Shown here piece by piece: positions 38,773-50,020 of a DNA stretch of 64,000 nt. The notes beneath the pieces are model-generated. The model was not told the DNA's origin, made no database searches, and saw nothing but the letters and a program-made list of their open reading frames with translations. Position 1 is the first letter of the stretch, and each line of letters starts with the position of its first letter. Source of the stretch: Candidatus Latescibacterota bacterium (lineage in GTDB: Bacteria > Latescibacterota > UBA2968 > UBA8231); assembly GCA_965223905.1 (NCBI GenBank), contig CBDCXV010000010.1, positions 1,920,001 to 1,984,000 on the forward strand, read 5' to 3'. Made by a program: the position numbers and the translations under genes.

Positions 38773-39816
38773 ATGCGAACAGATGATCTTACAGTAGTCG
38801 AGACCCGCGGCAACCTTGTCGAACGCGCCCGGCAACTCGGCGAAGCGGTGCGCGAGAACCATCGGACGACCGCGGGACTGTTCGAACCGCACCGGCCATT
38901 GCTGACGACCAACCAGGGCCGGACAGTGCTCGAGAACGTCACGCGACGATACCTGTCCGACTGCGCCGACATGCTGCCCTATCTCGACGCCTTCGCCGAC
39001 GGCCTCGGCACCACGCGGGAAGAACTGCTGGAGCTGAACGTGCTGGTCAGCCTGGCCAAATCGAAGCGTGATGAGTGCTCCGGCGTGATCCTCGCCCGCG
39101 AGGGCCGGATCGTCGTCGGGCAGAACTGGGATACCGGCGAGTCGGCGGTCCCGATGGCGCTGCTCGAGATCGGTCGCGACCCCGACGGCGTCGATACCGC
39201 GAGGTTCGCGTCCTGCCTGACCCTGGACTTCTGGTCGGGCGTTAATCCCTTTGGCCTGGCCATGGGAGGCTGTTCCGGGGGCGGCGACCCGATCGGCAGC
39301 GGCCAGGGAATCCCCGTCACCCTCTGGCGGGGGCCGTTGTTCTATCGCAGCCGGTCCGTCGCTGAAGTCAAAGACAGGGTCGAATCGGTCCCCATGCCCG
39401 GCAAGGGCGCCAATTGCGTCTTCGTCGACCGCGAGGAGCACATGCTCTGGGTTCAGCAGGGCGGCAGCCGGTACGGCACGGTCGCCCCGGAAAGGCCCTT
39501 CTGCGCCGCGACGGGCTATCGACCCGCCATCAATGAACCCTCCACGCCTCAGGAACAGGCCGAATTCCATCGCTGGCAACGATTCATGACCCTCTGCGAC
39601 AAAGCGACAACCGCTATGGGCGACTTGGTCGAAGATATGAAAACCATCCTCGCCGATCATCACACCGTCGATGATCGTCCCAACAGCGCCCCCTGCCGGC
39701 ACGACGGACCTCGTAATTCCACGCAGTTCTCGATCATCACCGACCTGACGAGCCGCGAGATCCATTACTGCGGACGGCCATGTGAAAACCCTTGGCGGCG
39801 GATCGACCTGGCCTGA
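38773..39816 (+). CDS. C45-family Ntn-hydrolase (acyl-CoA:6-APA acyltransferase-like)
   Basis: AGAGGA RBS; autoproteolytic E-CS nucleophile (KRDECSG) followed by VGQNWD and SGVNPFGL. Confidence 0.8.
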   Translation: MRTDDLTVVETRGNLVERARQLGEAVRENHRTTAGLFEPHRPLLTTNQGRTVLENVTRRYLSDCADMLPYLDAFADGLGTTREELLELNVLVSLAKSKRDECSGVILAREGRIVVGQNWDTGESAVPMALLEIGRDPDGVDTARFASCLTLDFWSGVNPFGLAMGGCSGGGDPIGSGQGIPVTLWRGPLFYRSRSVAEVKDRVESVPMPGKGANCVFVDREEHMLWVQQGGSRYGTVAPERPFCAATGYRPAINEPSTPQEQAEFHRWQRFMTLCDKATTAMGDLVEDMKTILADHHTVDDRPNSAPCRHDGPRNSTQFSIITDLTSREIHYCGRPCENPWRRIDLA

Positions 39817-40130
39817 CCGTCAGTCGACCACCGAGGCGATCATCGTCACGATCAGACCGATCAGTGCGACCAGCAGAATGATCCGCGCGATCCGACGCAC
39901 CAGTTCCGAACCGGCTGCGGGACGGTACACCGCATTGTCCGCCCCTTCGATGGGCTCCCCGCACGACGGACACGTCTCAGACGGAAATGGGTGGACTTGG
40001 CGATCGAGTTGTGTAAGCTTAAGCAGAACGCTGGCTCAGACACGTAAGAACTCGGTACTCTCAAGAAACGAAGCGGCACCTGAGATTCCGTAACGTTCCA
40101 CAATTCATGCGAGTGAGGGGAGGCCCTAAC

Positions 40131-41948
40131 ATGTACATCTCAAGGCGATACGTGAATCCGACGTGGGTCGCGATCTTGGCTGTTTTGTCGCTGCCGCTGT
40201 GCGCAGCGGGAGCGGAAGCGGGCAAGCCCAGTTCCGTTGGACCAGCCATGAAGGGCCGATCCTACTTGCTCTGGCAAAAGGACATCTGGGGCCCAGTTTC
40301 CCCTGACGAACGAATTGCCTTGGATGTGCATGAATTGACCGACGTCAACGTGTTCTCTGCGCAGAACACCCGTGCTGCCACGGGATTTCTGGTGAGTAAC
40401 CTCAGCGCCAAACCACTGATGGGGCGCCTCAAGCTGTTGAAGGCGAGCGAGGATGATCCACTTGCGGAAGGGGTCACGCTTCTTGAAGCTGACCGTATTC
40501 AGTTCCGGCGAGGGATGTACATTGAGTTGCCCAGCGGCGTGATGACCCCTGATGCGTTACCGGCGTTGCTGCCCTACCATCTCGTGGAGGTGCCTGCGAG
40601 GACGACGGTTCTGCTCTGGACCGAGATCGACACGCGTGACTTGTCCGCAGGCAGATACACTCGGAAGGTCGAGTTCTTCCCCTCCTATTCGGACTTTCCA
40701 AAGACGTCCTTCGATCTGAACCTCGAGGTCGCGCCCGTTGACCTGTCTGCCCCGAGGGTCAAGCAGTTCACCTATTCCACCCCGAACGCGCAGGTCCGTC
40801 GGCCCGTGTCGGAAGATCTGGTTCGGCATGGCATAACGATGGTTCACGCAATGCCGAGTCTACGCCTCCCGGGCCGCGGCATCCATGGTTGGCCCAAACT
40901 GGACGCGGATGGAAACATCGTGTCTGTGGACCAGTCGCACTCGCTCCTCGATTCGCAGATTGCCAACATGGGAGCCGCAGGGCTTCCGAAGGAACGAATG
41001 GACATCATTATTGCTCTTGACTTCAACCACGGATACAAGCGTGATCTTCCCTTATCTAATTTGTACGGTGACAAGGAGGGCCACCTTGTCTACGGGACTG
41101 AGGCATGGAAGAGAGGATTCGCCAATTCTCTCAAGTCCTTCCGCGACCACCTCTTTAAAAAGGGGTTCACCTACGATCAAATCGTCTTCTATATATCTGA
41201 CGAACCGCATGGAGACCCCGCCGATCCCGAAAGCACGACCGCCTGGGCGATCAAGGGATCCCGCTATGTCAAGGAAGTGGATCCCAGGTTTCGCACCATG
41301 GCGAACCCGGGGCTTTCCGACGGGAAGGAGAAATACCTCGATGCGTACTTGAAGGAATTTGACGTCCTCGAACCCTACCGGCCCGACTTGCAAAAAGATC
41401 CCGCACTCATTGAGCGACTGCAGGAGAGCGGCCTCGAAATCTGGACCTACATTATCTTGGTCAAGCAGAATGGCCCAAGTGCCTATCGGAACCAGTCATG
41501 GCTGTCGGCACGCGACGGGTTCACGGGTGTTTGTGCATTTTGGGCCTATGACAGAAGCGCTGGGGACCCCTTCTACTCGTACGATCACCATCCGGGCAGT
41601 CCACGTATGATCGCAGACTACGCCGTCGTCTATGCGAACTTTGTGTGGGAAGGACATGCAGCCACCCCGACCACGATCATCCCGAGCCGTCGCTGGGAGG
41701 CCTCGTATCAAGGCAACCAGGACTATCGCGCGGTCGTCATTTGCCGCGAACTCATCGGGAAGTTGAAGGCTGCGGGCCGGGACGCATCTATGTTTCAGGC
41801 GGTTGTGGAAGAGGCGATTGCAGCCGCCGTGAACCAGTCGGGTGCCGCCATGGACGCTTCTCGGGAGAGACTGATTCGCGCCGCCGTAGAGATGCAGAAA
41901 TCTCTTGACGGGCGCCCAACCAACTCGGCAACCGAGGATCGCCAATGA
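40131..41948 (+). CDS. Secreted glycoside-hydrolase-like protein (GH123/DUF4091-like)
   Basis: Signal peptide; YISDEP catalytic-like motif and C-terminal SRRWEASYQGNQDY. Confidence 0.55.
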   Translation: MYISRRYVNPTWVAILAVLSLPLCAAGAEAGKPSSVGPAMKGRSYLLWQKDIWGPVSPDERIALDVHELTDVNVFSAQNTRAATGFLVSNLSAKPLMGRLKLLKASEDDPLAEGVTLLEADRIQFRRGMYIELPSGVMTPDALPALLPYHLVEVPARTTVLLWTEIDTRDLSAGRYTRKVEFFPSYSDFPKTSFDLNLEVAPVDLSAPRVKQFTYSTPNAQVRRPVSEDLVRHGITMVHAMPSLRLPGRGIHGWPKLDADGNIVSVDQSHSLLDSQIANMGAAGLPKERMDIIIALDFNHGYKRDLPLSNLYGDKEGHLVYGTEAWKRGFANSLKSFRDHLFKKGFTYDQIVFYISDEPHGDPADPESTTAWAIKGSRYVKEVDPRFRTMANPGLSDGKEKYLDAYLKEFDVLEPYRPDLQKDPALIERLQESGLEIWTYIILVKQNGPSAYRNQSWLSARDGFTGVCAFWAYDRSAGDPFYSYDHHPGSPRMIADYAVVYANFVWEGHAATPTTIIPSRRWEASYQGNQDYRAVVICRELIGKLKAAGRDASMFQAVVEEAIAAAVNQSGAAMDASRERLIRAAVEMQKSLDGRPTNSATEDRQ

Positions 41949-44187
41949 GGGGAAACGCCGAAATTCCGCATCTTGACCGGCTGAAAGACCTGTCCATGAA
42001 CGCAGATAACCTCTACGGATTCGATACGTTTGACTTTCCAACTTCTTCAGCGTACGGGCGAAACTGACGTGGCCCAGCATTGTGGAGGAGACCAGAGATG
42101 ATTGGTCCTGGCGTACGCCGAGTCGCCTTCCTGGAGGATTACCGAAATCGGGACGCGGAACTCAAGAATTTCCTTCCGGAGATTATTGGCGAAGGGGTAT
42201 CATGCTGTGGTTCTCAGGGTCGAGGTGGGCAACGAACACACGTTCACCGAACTGGCGCAAGAAGCTGCGCGGTTGGGCCTCGAGGTCATCGGTTTCACGC
42301 AATATATGAAGGCTCAGACCAGACATCTGATTGACCACCCCGACCAGCGCATGATCATGAACACGGATGCGGTCGCTAATATGGGCTGTCCGTTCAACCC
42401 GGACTTTCTGAAACGCTATCTTGATTTCCTGGAGCGAATTGCAGGCGTCCCGAACCTTACCGAAGTGCTGCTCAACGATGAATCCTCCCTCGGTAAGATG
42501 GCTGACCGCCTGGGCTGTTACTGTCATGTTTGCCAGGAGGCGTGGAGAGAAGAATTCGGCGGAGAGTTGCCGCGACCTCCCTTCACGGCTCGCGAAGAGA
42601 AGCGGCGATTTGTTCGGTGGCGATTCCGGCGGTGGAATCACGTTCACGGGCTCATGAAGGATGCGCTCAACAAAGACCATCCCGTCCGGGCGGTGTTTCA
42701 AGCTTCGCCGAACGAATGTCTGCTTGGCAAGAATCCATGGGTGACGGCGGTTGACCTCTCCAGCATGGTTGAGGCCATTGACGGGATCACGACCGACCCG
42801 TCACTACACCTTCCATATTGCGGGCGCCGCCGGCCCCTTTGTCCCGAGAGAGGTCTATCTGAGCGAGCACTGTCGGTTTCTGAGCGGCCTGGTGTCAGGC
42901 GACAAGACAGCGGAACTCTGCCCGCAGGCCTTTTCCCATCCGACCTTCACTCGGCCGCTGGATGAACGCGACGGGTGGTGGGCCGGTGTCATTCCGGCAG
43001 CCTTGGGGATCGATGCCGTAGCGCCATACACGTACCTGCTCCAGAAGATCTCTCCCATGCAGAAGACGTACGAAGCGTCCTTCGCCCTCGACAAGTACTT
43101 CGCAGAGGTACGCCCGGTGGACTTCGTTGCCGTTGTCAACAGTCTTGAGACTCAGTGCTTTCACATGGATGCAGACACGGCAGCCAATGGGGACGCATTC
43201 TGGCTCCACTCGCGGATGATGCCGGTCGGTGCCGTCATGCGGCATCAATGCCTGCCGTACGTCTACTTCCCCTCCCGACGGATTCATGTCGAGACGTTAC
43301 AGCAATGGCCTGTGGTCGTTCTGCCAAACGTCACCTGCCTGAGCTTGGCGGCGCGGAACCATCTTCGTGAATACGTGCGTTCAGGTGGGGTCTTGTGGGG
43401 TCTTGTGGGCTTTCGGCGAGAACGCGACACGCGACGAGGTTGGTGAGCCGTTTGACGACGGTTTTATGCAAGAGGTGTTCGGAATCCGGGAAGTGTCTAT
43501 CGGCAACGTTGCGCTGCGCTTTGAAGCCATTGGCGAGCAGCGGCCCTTTGCCGATCTGCCGTGGCCGGACGAGATCACGTCCGGGTTTCATGATGGGACC
43601 TGTTGCCCCATGCTCTCCTTGAACCATGCCGCACGGGTGGAAACGGAAGCCGACGCGCAGACTATTGCCGCCTTCGTCGAGGGTCCGACTCCCGCACCGA
43701 CAGTCGGGCATTCCGCCATGACGATCAAGTCGTTTGGCAAGGGACATGCCGTTTACGTCGCCGGCATTCCATCCCACGAAGGGATACGAGAAGAATTCGG
43801 CGGCATGAAGGTCCTGAATTTTGCGGGGCGTGTCATTAGTGAGATCATCATGCAGCTCGCAGGCGACAAGGCTCCCCTGCGCGTTTTGCCGCGGCCGCCG
43901 GAGACGGCCATGCAGAAGATCAGGCCGCTCGACGTCTGGTGCCGGCGTCGGAGTTCCTGCCGTGCGCAGGGCCGAAGCTATACCTTGCGACTATCGCGTC
44001 GTACTTCAAGGAGCCGTTGCGATTCCAGATCGAGGCCGACCTTCACGGAAAGAAATGTCGGGAAACCCGGGAGTTGGTCTCGAACCAGCGGATGCCGAAG
44101 CCTGAGCAAGAGAACGATACTGTCCGAATAGACGTTCAGTTCTCGTTCGACGATGCTCTCAAGGTATTCGCCTTCTTTCTGGAATGA
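41945..44187 (+). pseudogene. GH42-like protein with beta-galactosidase trimerisation-type domain, multiply frameshifted
   Basis: LNDE...GCYCHVCQ; VVVLPNVTCLS...REYVRSGG; KSFGKGHAVYV spread over at least four frames. 10-bp tandem duplication at 43387-43406. Confidence 0.6.
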
Positions 44188-44280
44188 AAGGCAAGTAAAG
44201 CATGCGAGCCGAACAGAGACCGGCCCTCCAAGAAGACTGGGGTCTGAAAAGACGTGGGGTCTGAAGAGATGCCATCGGCG

Positions 44281-45816
44281 TCATCTGAACGCCACACTGT
44301 AAAGCTCGGCGCAGCGCATCTTGAAGCACAAAGTGATGGGACCGTCGCCGTTGTGGCTTAGATTGGCCTCGCCCTTCCAGGTGATCGCCCGCTCCAAGTG
44401 ATCACCGACGATCCAGTCACAGTCCGCAAAAGCGCGCCCCGGCAGCACCGTGCCGGCCGGACCGAGCACTTCCACCTGCACCGAGCCGGCCGGCGCGGTC
44501 CGACAGTTGAGGATCGCGTGGCGCTGTGCGATCTTGAGCGGCTGGAGCGCGAACGATGCCTCGACGTCCGCCTTCAGCGCCACGAGCCGACCCTTCGGCC
44601 ACCACGCCCAGCCGATGGCACCTAAGGGGGCCTTGCGCGGGTATTTGTGCGGCACCTTCGATCCGACCAAGGGCACGCCCATACGCCCTCCGGGCAGCTC
44701 CACCAGCCCGATCCCCGGGGCGACCACGCCGCCGTCCCAGTCACCCGGATCGCCCACCTCGCAGACAGGTCCCCCGGGCACGCGGTGCCAGCTCAGGTTG
44801 TCCGGGCTGGTGAACAGGTGGAAGTCGAATTTGTCGTGGCGGATGCTCCAGCGCTTGGGGAACATGACGTGATAGTCGGTCGTGCCAGGCATCTTTGTCT
44901 TGCCGTTGGCGTACCACAGCTCATCCGGGTCCATGGTGGGATCGGGCCAGAGTACCTCCTCGGAGAGCGGGAAGCGGCGGAAGTTGTGCGAGACAATGCG
45001 GCCGATGCTCCGGCGGGAGAAGAACCAGTTGCGGCAGTAGGCCACGTACCGCTCCAGCACAGGATCGTACTCGCACATGTTGTGGGTGTCGCTGTACTGG
45101 GCGACCAGCGGCTCCTCCAGCGGAGTCCAGCGCAACCCGTCGGGTGAAACCGCGCCGAAGAAGCCGGACCAATCCGGTCGTCCCCGGTTGATACCGTCCA
45201 CGTCGTCGGGTCGCTCGCGTAGGTAGCGTTCCTTCGTCGCCTCGGAGGGATGGCCCTGGTAGATCATCTTGTAGCGCTCCCCAGGAGGCGCGGACGGATC
45301 CTTGAACACGGAGCCGTAGAAGTAGCCCGTCTCCGGGGTGAGCGACGGGCCGTACACCACGTTGTTGTCCGCGCTGCCGTGGCGTTCGATCAAGTTGAGC
45401 TTCGGGAAGGTCCAGTTCTCCCCATCGTCCGACTCGCCATAGCGTACATGGTTGAACATGCCCGTCTTGTAACGCTCGTGGTGGGTGTGGTCTGTGGGCC
45501 AGCAGTCGAACCAGAAGCGATAGCGACCCTCGTCGCGTATGACTGTGCCGGCGAAGAGGATCATCTCGTCATCCATTTGGGGTTCGAGGAAAGGCGCGGT
45601 CTTCTGTGCCGGCTGCGCGCACAGGCGAATGCCGACGGGCAGAAGGCGCGGCTCGTACCGCATAGGCGGCACCGGGTCAGTGGTCGACATGGGGGTCCTG
45701 CCGCCGTCCTCGGACCAACCCACGCTGCCGTGGTGCACGTAGCGCCAGTCATGAAAGTACACGATGTCGGAGGGGAGTGTATAGGGATATCCCAGGTTTC
45801 TGTAAGGTGAGATCAT
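44281..45816 (-). CDS. Beta-propeller glycoside-hydrolase-like protein (same family)
   Basis: AGGAGGA RBS; YGESDDGENWTFPKL, AVSPDGLRW, SDTHN, C-terminal ELYSVAF. Confidence 0.7.
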   Translation of the reverse strand: MISPYRNLGYPYTLPSDIVYFHDWRYVHHGSVGWSEDGGRTPMSTTDPVPPMRYEPRLLPVGIRLCAQPAQKTAPFLEPQMDDEMILFAGTVIRDEGRYRFWFDCWPTDHTHHERYKTGMFNHVRYGESDDGENWTFPKLNLIERHGSADNNVVYGPSLTPETGYFYGSVFKDPSAPPGERYKMIYQGHPSEATKERYLRERPDDVDGINRGRPDWSGFFGAVSPDGLRWTPLEEPLVAQYSDTHNMCEYDPVLERYVAYCRNWFFSRRSIGRIVSHNFRRFPLSEEVLWPDPTMDPDELWYANGKTKMPGTTDYHVMFPKRWSIRHDKFDFHLFTSPDNLSWHRVPGGPVCEVGDPGDWDGGVVAPGIGLVELPGGRMGVPLVGSKVPHKYPRKAPLGAIGWAWWPKGRLVALKADVEASFALQPLKIAQRHAILNCRTAPAGSVQVEVLGPAGTVLPGRAFADCDWIVGDHLERAITWKGEANLSHNGDGPITLCFKMRCAELYSVAFR

Positions 45817-45984
45817 GATGTGTGTCCTCCTCTGGATGTGTGCATGGACGGATCTCATCCAGGCACCAATCAGCACATTTTCACGAGCCAGGCATAGAAG
45901 CCCTCGAGTGCCCTGGTACCAGCTCTTCCAGCGGCGGCCTGGAATGATTATGATCTCCTTCGCCTTCTCCTGGCAGTCAATCCG

Positions 45985-46096
45985 TAACCCGGAAACTGGA
46001 GCTGGATCGACGCGTCGGCGACGCGCCAGTGACGCCGCGCTCCGAGCCCAAGCCCTCGAAGTAGCCCACCATCAGCATGCGAAAGTAGACCCCGAG
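45985..46096 (-). mobile_element. IS1182-like transposase internal remnant
   Basis: GVYFRMLMVGYFEGLGSERG, homologous to 36650-36755. Confidence 0.7.
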
Positions 46097-46101
46097 GCAA
46101 C

Positions 46102-47262
46102 GTGCACAACCCATACGCGCGGGTAGACTGGAAGAAAGTGAGCCGGGTCCCTTCGGCCTCCCACATGCATCTGGTCAATCAGAGGCAGCTCGACAACGCC
46201 TATCGGTATGGCATCCGGCACTTCCCCATATCGAACTACTACCCATCGGCACCGTACAGGGCCGACACGAGGCTGAGCGACTTCAAGCTCCGGCAGTGGT
46301 GGCCGGCCATACGCGACGGCAAGCGGATCGATCCACCGATCGACTGGAATGGGATCATCGACTGGCAGGATGAACTGGCGGACGAATACAGGTCCCAGCT
46401 TCCATTCCAGGAGACAGATCCCACCTATTCGGCGATCCCCAGTGATGCGATACTGAGCAGCAACGCCGAACACCACGGATTCTGCAACTCACAGGCACAC
46501 ACCTGCAGCCCCGGATCGTCCTTCGCGTCCGGGACCTTCGATGTACACAACAAATTCAATCTGAACCGCCACGGTTTTCCGGTGGGTTTCGGCGGCACCT
46601 GGCAAGAGGCCTTCGAGGGGATGATCGACGGTCTTGATTACCCCGACGGCGGCGGCATCACGGTCAACCACCCGACGTGGTTCTCGAGGTTCACGGACGA
46701 GCAGGTACTGGAGATGCTCGACTTCGACGACCGCGTTCTGGGAATCGAGATCTACAACGATTACAGCTGGAAGCGAGACTGGTACCAGAAACCCAACTAC
46801 GAAGCCCCGGACGAGCCAGAGCAAGGCTTCTCCACGAACATGTGGGATCGCATTCTGCTGACGGGTCGCCGGAGCTGGGGATTCTGCGTGCCCGACCACA
46901 GCGCTGGCGACGGCAACTGGCGAGGCCGATGCGTGCTGCTCGTTCAGGAATACAGCGAACACGCGTGCCTCAAGGCATACCGGGACGGCAGCTTCTACGG
47001 TTGCCTCACCGGCGAGGGCGTGTCACTGACGGGGTTCGAGGCATCGGAGACAAGCGTCTCTGTGAGTCTGAGCGGGCTTGCAGAGATCCGGTTTGTGGCT
47101 GACGCCGCCGTCGTCAAGACAGTTACCGGAGACCGTGCGGCATTCGAAGTGCCGCAGAGGAACGGTTCGCCGGGAGTGGTCTACGTGCGCGTAGAAGCCC
47201 GGGACAAAACTGGCGAGCGGCTGTTCCTTCAGCCCGTGCGTTTCGGCGCCGGGAGGAGGTGA
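46102..47262 (+). CDS. PHP-like metallohydrolase
   Basis: SHMH, EHH, NHP, GIEIYN, WDRIL...PDH metal-binding pattern. GTG start abuts the IS remnant. Confidence 0.6.
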   Translation: MHNPYARVDWKKVSRVPSASHMHLVNQRQLDNAYRYGIRHFPISNYYPSAPYRADTRLSDFKLRQWWPAIRDGKRIDPPIDWNGIIDWQDELADEYRSQLPFQETDPTYSAIPSDAILSSNAEHHGFCNSQAHTCSPGSSFASGTFDVHNKFNLNRHGFPVGFGGTWQEAFEGMIDGLDYPDGGGITVNHPTWFSRFTDEQVLEMLDFDDRVLGIEIYNDYSWKRDWYQKPNYEAPDEPEQGFSTNMWDRILLTGRRSWGFCVPDHSAGDGNWRGRCVLLVQEYSEHACLKAYRDGSFYGCLTGEGVSLTGFEASETSVSVSLSGLAEIRFVADAAVVKTVTGDRAAFEVPQRNGSPGVVYVRVEARDKTGERLFLQPVRFGAGRR

Positions 47263-47342
47263 GATCGCCCGCCCCGGTATCGTACCGGTGAAAGGCGTAG
47301 AGGCCCGTGAACCCGTCTCGCGCGAGCTCAACATCGCGCCGC

Positions 47343-49328
47343 TCAAACTTGTGTGAGAAAGCTGCCGGTGTGGCCGGCGAAGTAGTCGGCCACCAGGAAG
47401 ATGCCGGCGGCGATGATTTCGCCCAGGATCAAGCCCAGAAAGAACGGCCGCAGACTGCGGAACAGTTGGGGACCGCCGTAACGCAGGATCACCAGTTTGA
47501 GGAACCAGGCCAACAGGGCGGAGCAGAAGATGTGCCCGGTTTTCCAGTTGGCGCTGATCACGTAGCCCAGCGGGTTCAGCGGCCACCACAGGAAATTGTG
47601 CCGCGCCCACATCAGGAACCCCATCACGCTTCCACCGATGCTCATGAACAGCCATGCATCCCAGCGTGGCCCGGTCAACTCCGCGGCGATACGAGGCGCC
47701 ATGTCGCGGGGGGCGTACTGGGACGCCTGATTGAAGAAGAACAGTGGGTTGAGGTTGATGCCGCCGTATTCGTAGGCCATCACGATCGTTACATACGACG
47801 AGCCCGCCAGGCTGACCAGCACCGCGATGACCACGGCCCAGAACAGGCGGCGCTTCGACCCGGCCATGATCTCGCTCATCTTCAGGCCATTGGCGACGGA
47901 CGACATCACGAACGAGCGGATCTCGGCGTGCCAGCCGTACGAGAACCCTAGGGCCACCAGACCGTTGGCACCCAGGGACGAGGTGCCGAGCGCCGAGATC
48001 ACGAAACTCGAGGTCATGATAGGCGGCCGCATCGCCGGGATGCCCCCCTGGGCGACCACCCGCGTCAGCCCCATGAACAGCACCATCGCCCCGAACACCA
48101 TCAGCAGGGCCGCCGGAAACGGGAGCCCGATCGCCGACAGCCAGAACGCGACCAGCAGCAGCCCGGCAATCAGGCCAAACACCGCCAGCCGGTAGGAGAT
48201 CATCTCGCCGCTGTCGTCGACTGCGGGATCGCCGCGGAACGCCTTTCGCCAGACGTCCTTGAGGTGCCCGCGGGCCATCCACAACCCGACGAGGACAAAG
48301 ACGATCATCGCTCCCATGCCCTGGTGGGCGAGGTAGGGGTCGATCGTGTAGTTGTCGATGCGCTGCGTGCTCTGCACTCCGACGATGTTGAAAATGCCGC
48401 GCTGCAACTGGGTGATGGTGTAGAAGATCCAGATCGAGGCCGAGATATCGAGGTTGACGAAGTAGAAGAATCCGGTCCACGGCGGGCTGAACCAGAAGCT
48501 CAGACCCTGATTCCCCGGCAGGGGCAGTGCGAAGGACCGGTTGAGATAGGGGAAGCTCGGGTAGTATGAATGTATCCCGTTGACAGCCAGCAGGATGAAT
48601 GAGATGGCGAATCCCAGCCACATCGCCTTGTTGGTGAAAAACGACCTGCCGATGATCCCGCCCTCTTCCTTCTGGATCATCTCCATCGGTACTTGGACGA
48701 GGGGGTAAACGAGTTTTTCGCGATCGACCCACTGCTTGCGCAGGATGACCATGCTGCAGATCATAGCGGAGGCCAGCGCCAGGAAGAAGCCGTACCACAG
48801 ACTCAGGGGACCCACCCACGCTTCCCACGGAATCGTGGCACCCTTAGGCAGCCCTTCGAAGAAATAGCGCGCTACGTTCTCGCCCCGCGGGATCATCCAC
48901 TGCGGGATGTACTGGTTGTAGAGGAAGTCCCAGTTGTTCTCGGGCGTGGCGTAGTACGTCGATCCGAGCAGGCTGGGGATCATGAACTGGGTGAAGCCCA
49001 TGCCGGGGATGCAGCAGGCCACGACCAGCATGATGTAGATGGTGATCAGCTCCGACCGCGTGAGCGCCAGGGTGCGGTGGATGAGTCCGACCATGCCGGC
49101 TGCGATCACTACGAAGAAGAAGAAGAAGAGGGCTGCCGGGGTGCTGAAGTTGAGGGTCAGATAGGAGCCGCGGATGATGTTCGTCGCGTACGCGTCTAAC
49201 ACATTGAGCAGGCAGGAGAGCACCGCGCCGATCAGGATGCCCCGCACCGGAATACCCTCGAGGTCGCTCGGGGACGGCTGACCCTGCGACATCGAGGTTG
49301 TATGGGTGGGGGGGATCTGTTTCGTCAC
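47343..49328 (-). CDS. Polytopic membrane protein, DUF6785/DUF6784-like (putative transporter)
   Basis: Many transmembrane helices; YYATPENNW, LRKQWVDREKLVYP, WWPLNPLGY, RYGG...PFFLGLILG. Confidence 0.7.
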   Translation of the reverse strand: MTKQIPPTHTTSMSQGQPSPSDLEGIPVRGILIGAVLSCLLNVLDAYATNIIRGSYLTLNFSTPAALFFFFFVVIAAGMVGLIHRTLALTRSELITIYIMLVVACCIPGMGFTQFMIPSLLGSTYYATPENNWDFLYNQYIPQWMIPRGENVARYFFEGLPKGATIPWEAWVGPLSLWYGFFLALASAMICSMVILRKQWVDREKLVYPLVQVPMEMIQKEEGGIIGRSFFTNKAMWLGFAISFILLAVNGIHSYYPSFPYLNRSFALPLPGNQGLSFWFSPPWTGFFYFVNLDISASIWIFYTITQLQRGIFNIVGVQSTQRIDNYTIDPYLAHQGMGAMIVFVLVGLWMARGHLKDVWRKAFRGDPAVDDSGEMISYRLAVFGLIAGLLLVAFWLSAIGLPFPAALLMVFGAMVLFMGLTRVVAQGGIPAMRPPIMTSSFVISALGTSSLGANGLVALGFSYGWHAEIRSFVMSSVANGLKMSEIMAGSKRRLFWAVVIAVLVSLAGSSYVTIVMAYEYGGINLNPLFFFNQASQYAPRDMAPRIAAELTGPRWDAWLFMSIGGSVMGFLMWARHNFLWWPLNPLGYVISANWKTGHIFCSALLAWFLKLVILRYGGPQLFRSLRPFFLGLILGEIIAAGIFLVADYFAGHTGSFLTQV

Positions 49329-49334
49329 CGACGG

Positions 49335-49751
49335 CTACTTTCGCATCCGGACCAGTCGCGCCCCGAGGTCGCTGAAGCGCAGAGACGGGTCGTAGCTGTA
49401 GCGCTTGGCAGAGCGCACGTTGCGCGCGTGGTTGACGAACCCGCCGCCGCGCATGACCCGGGCGGTGCCGGCTGCCGGGCCGGTGGGGTCGACCTGCCGC
49501 CCAGCCGCGTAGTACGGAGAGTACCAATCCTGCACCCACTCCCACACATTCCCGTAGATGTCGTAGAGCCCCCACGGATTGGGCAGCTTCGGGGACCCCA
49601 TCGAAAGCAACCCGGGTTGTATCCACACGAACTCCATCATCGTCCCGTCGTGAAGGTCTACTGAGATGGTTCCGACTGTCTCGTCCGCACCGGCGGCGCT
49701 GATGAGGACGATGAGTCCGACCCCAATTACGGTCCCAACATCCTCTACCAC
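49335..49751 (-). pseudogene. Formylglycine-generating-enzyme (SUMF1)-domain protein with large internal deletion
   Basis: MEFVWIQPG..MGSP fused directly to KLPNPWGLYDIYGNVWEW...RVMRGG...GARL; the usual central region is absent. Confidence 0.75.
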
Positions 49752-49843
49752 AACCGGGGCAACGGGTCATTCCGAGACATTACCGCAGCCGCGGGCGTGG
49801 CGGGTGACGACTACAGCGCCAGTGCCGCCGTTTTCGACTGCGA

Positions 49844-50020
49844 CATCGGGTCTTGTCCGTAAAACGGCCAGAAACCGATACATCGACCCTCCGCGCACGG
49901 GTAATACACGCCCGATCGTGCCGCTGCACCCATCGGCCCCTCAGTCCAGCCTCAAATTTCTGACTCGACAGCATCTCCCAGCCGACATACACTACTCATA
50001 ACGGCCGCTTATAATTCCTC
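49844..50020 (+). mobile_element. Repeat A: orphan IS91-type ori-end tail
   Basis: 49844-49993 is identical by eye to the reverse complement of 56893-57042 and homologous to the IS91 tail at 14300-14445. Confidence 0.8.

Noticed and set aside
44235-44268. Short direct repeat TGGGGTCTGAA x2
   Set aside because: Only two short units between convergent genes; no evidence for an array or function.
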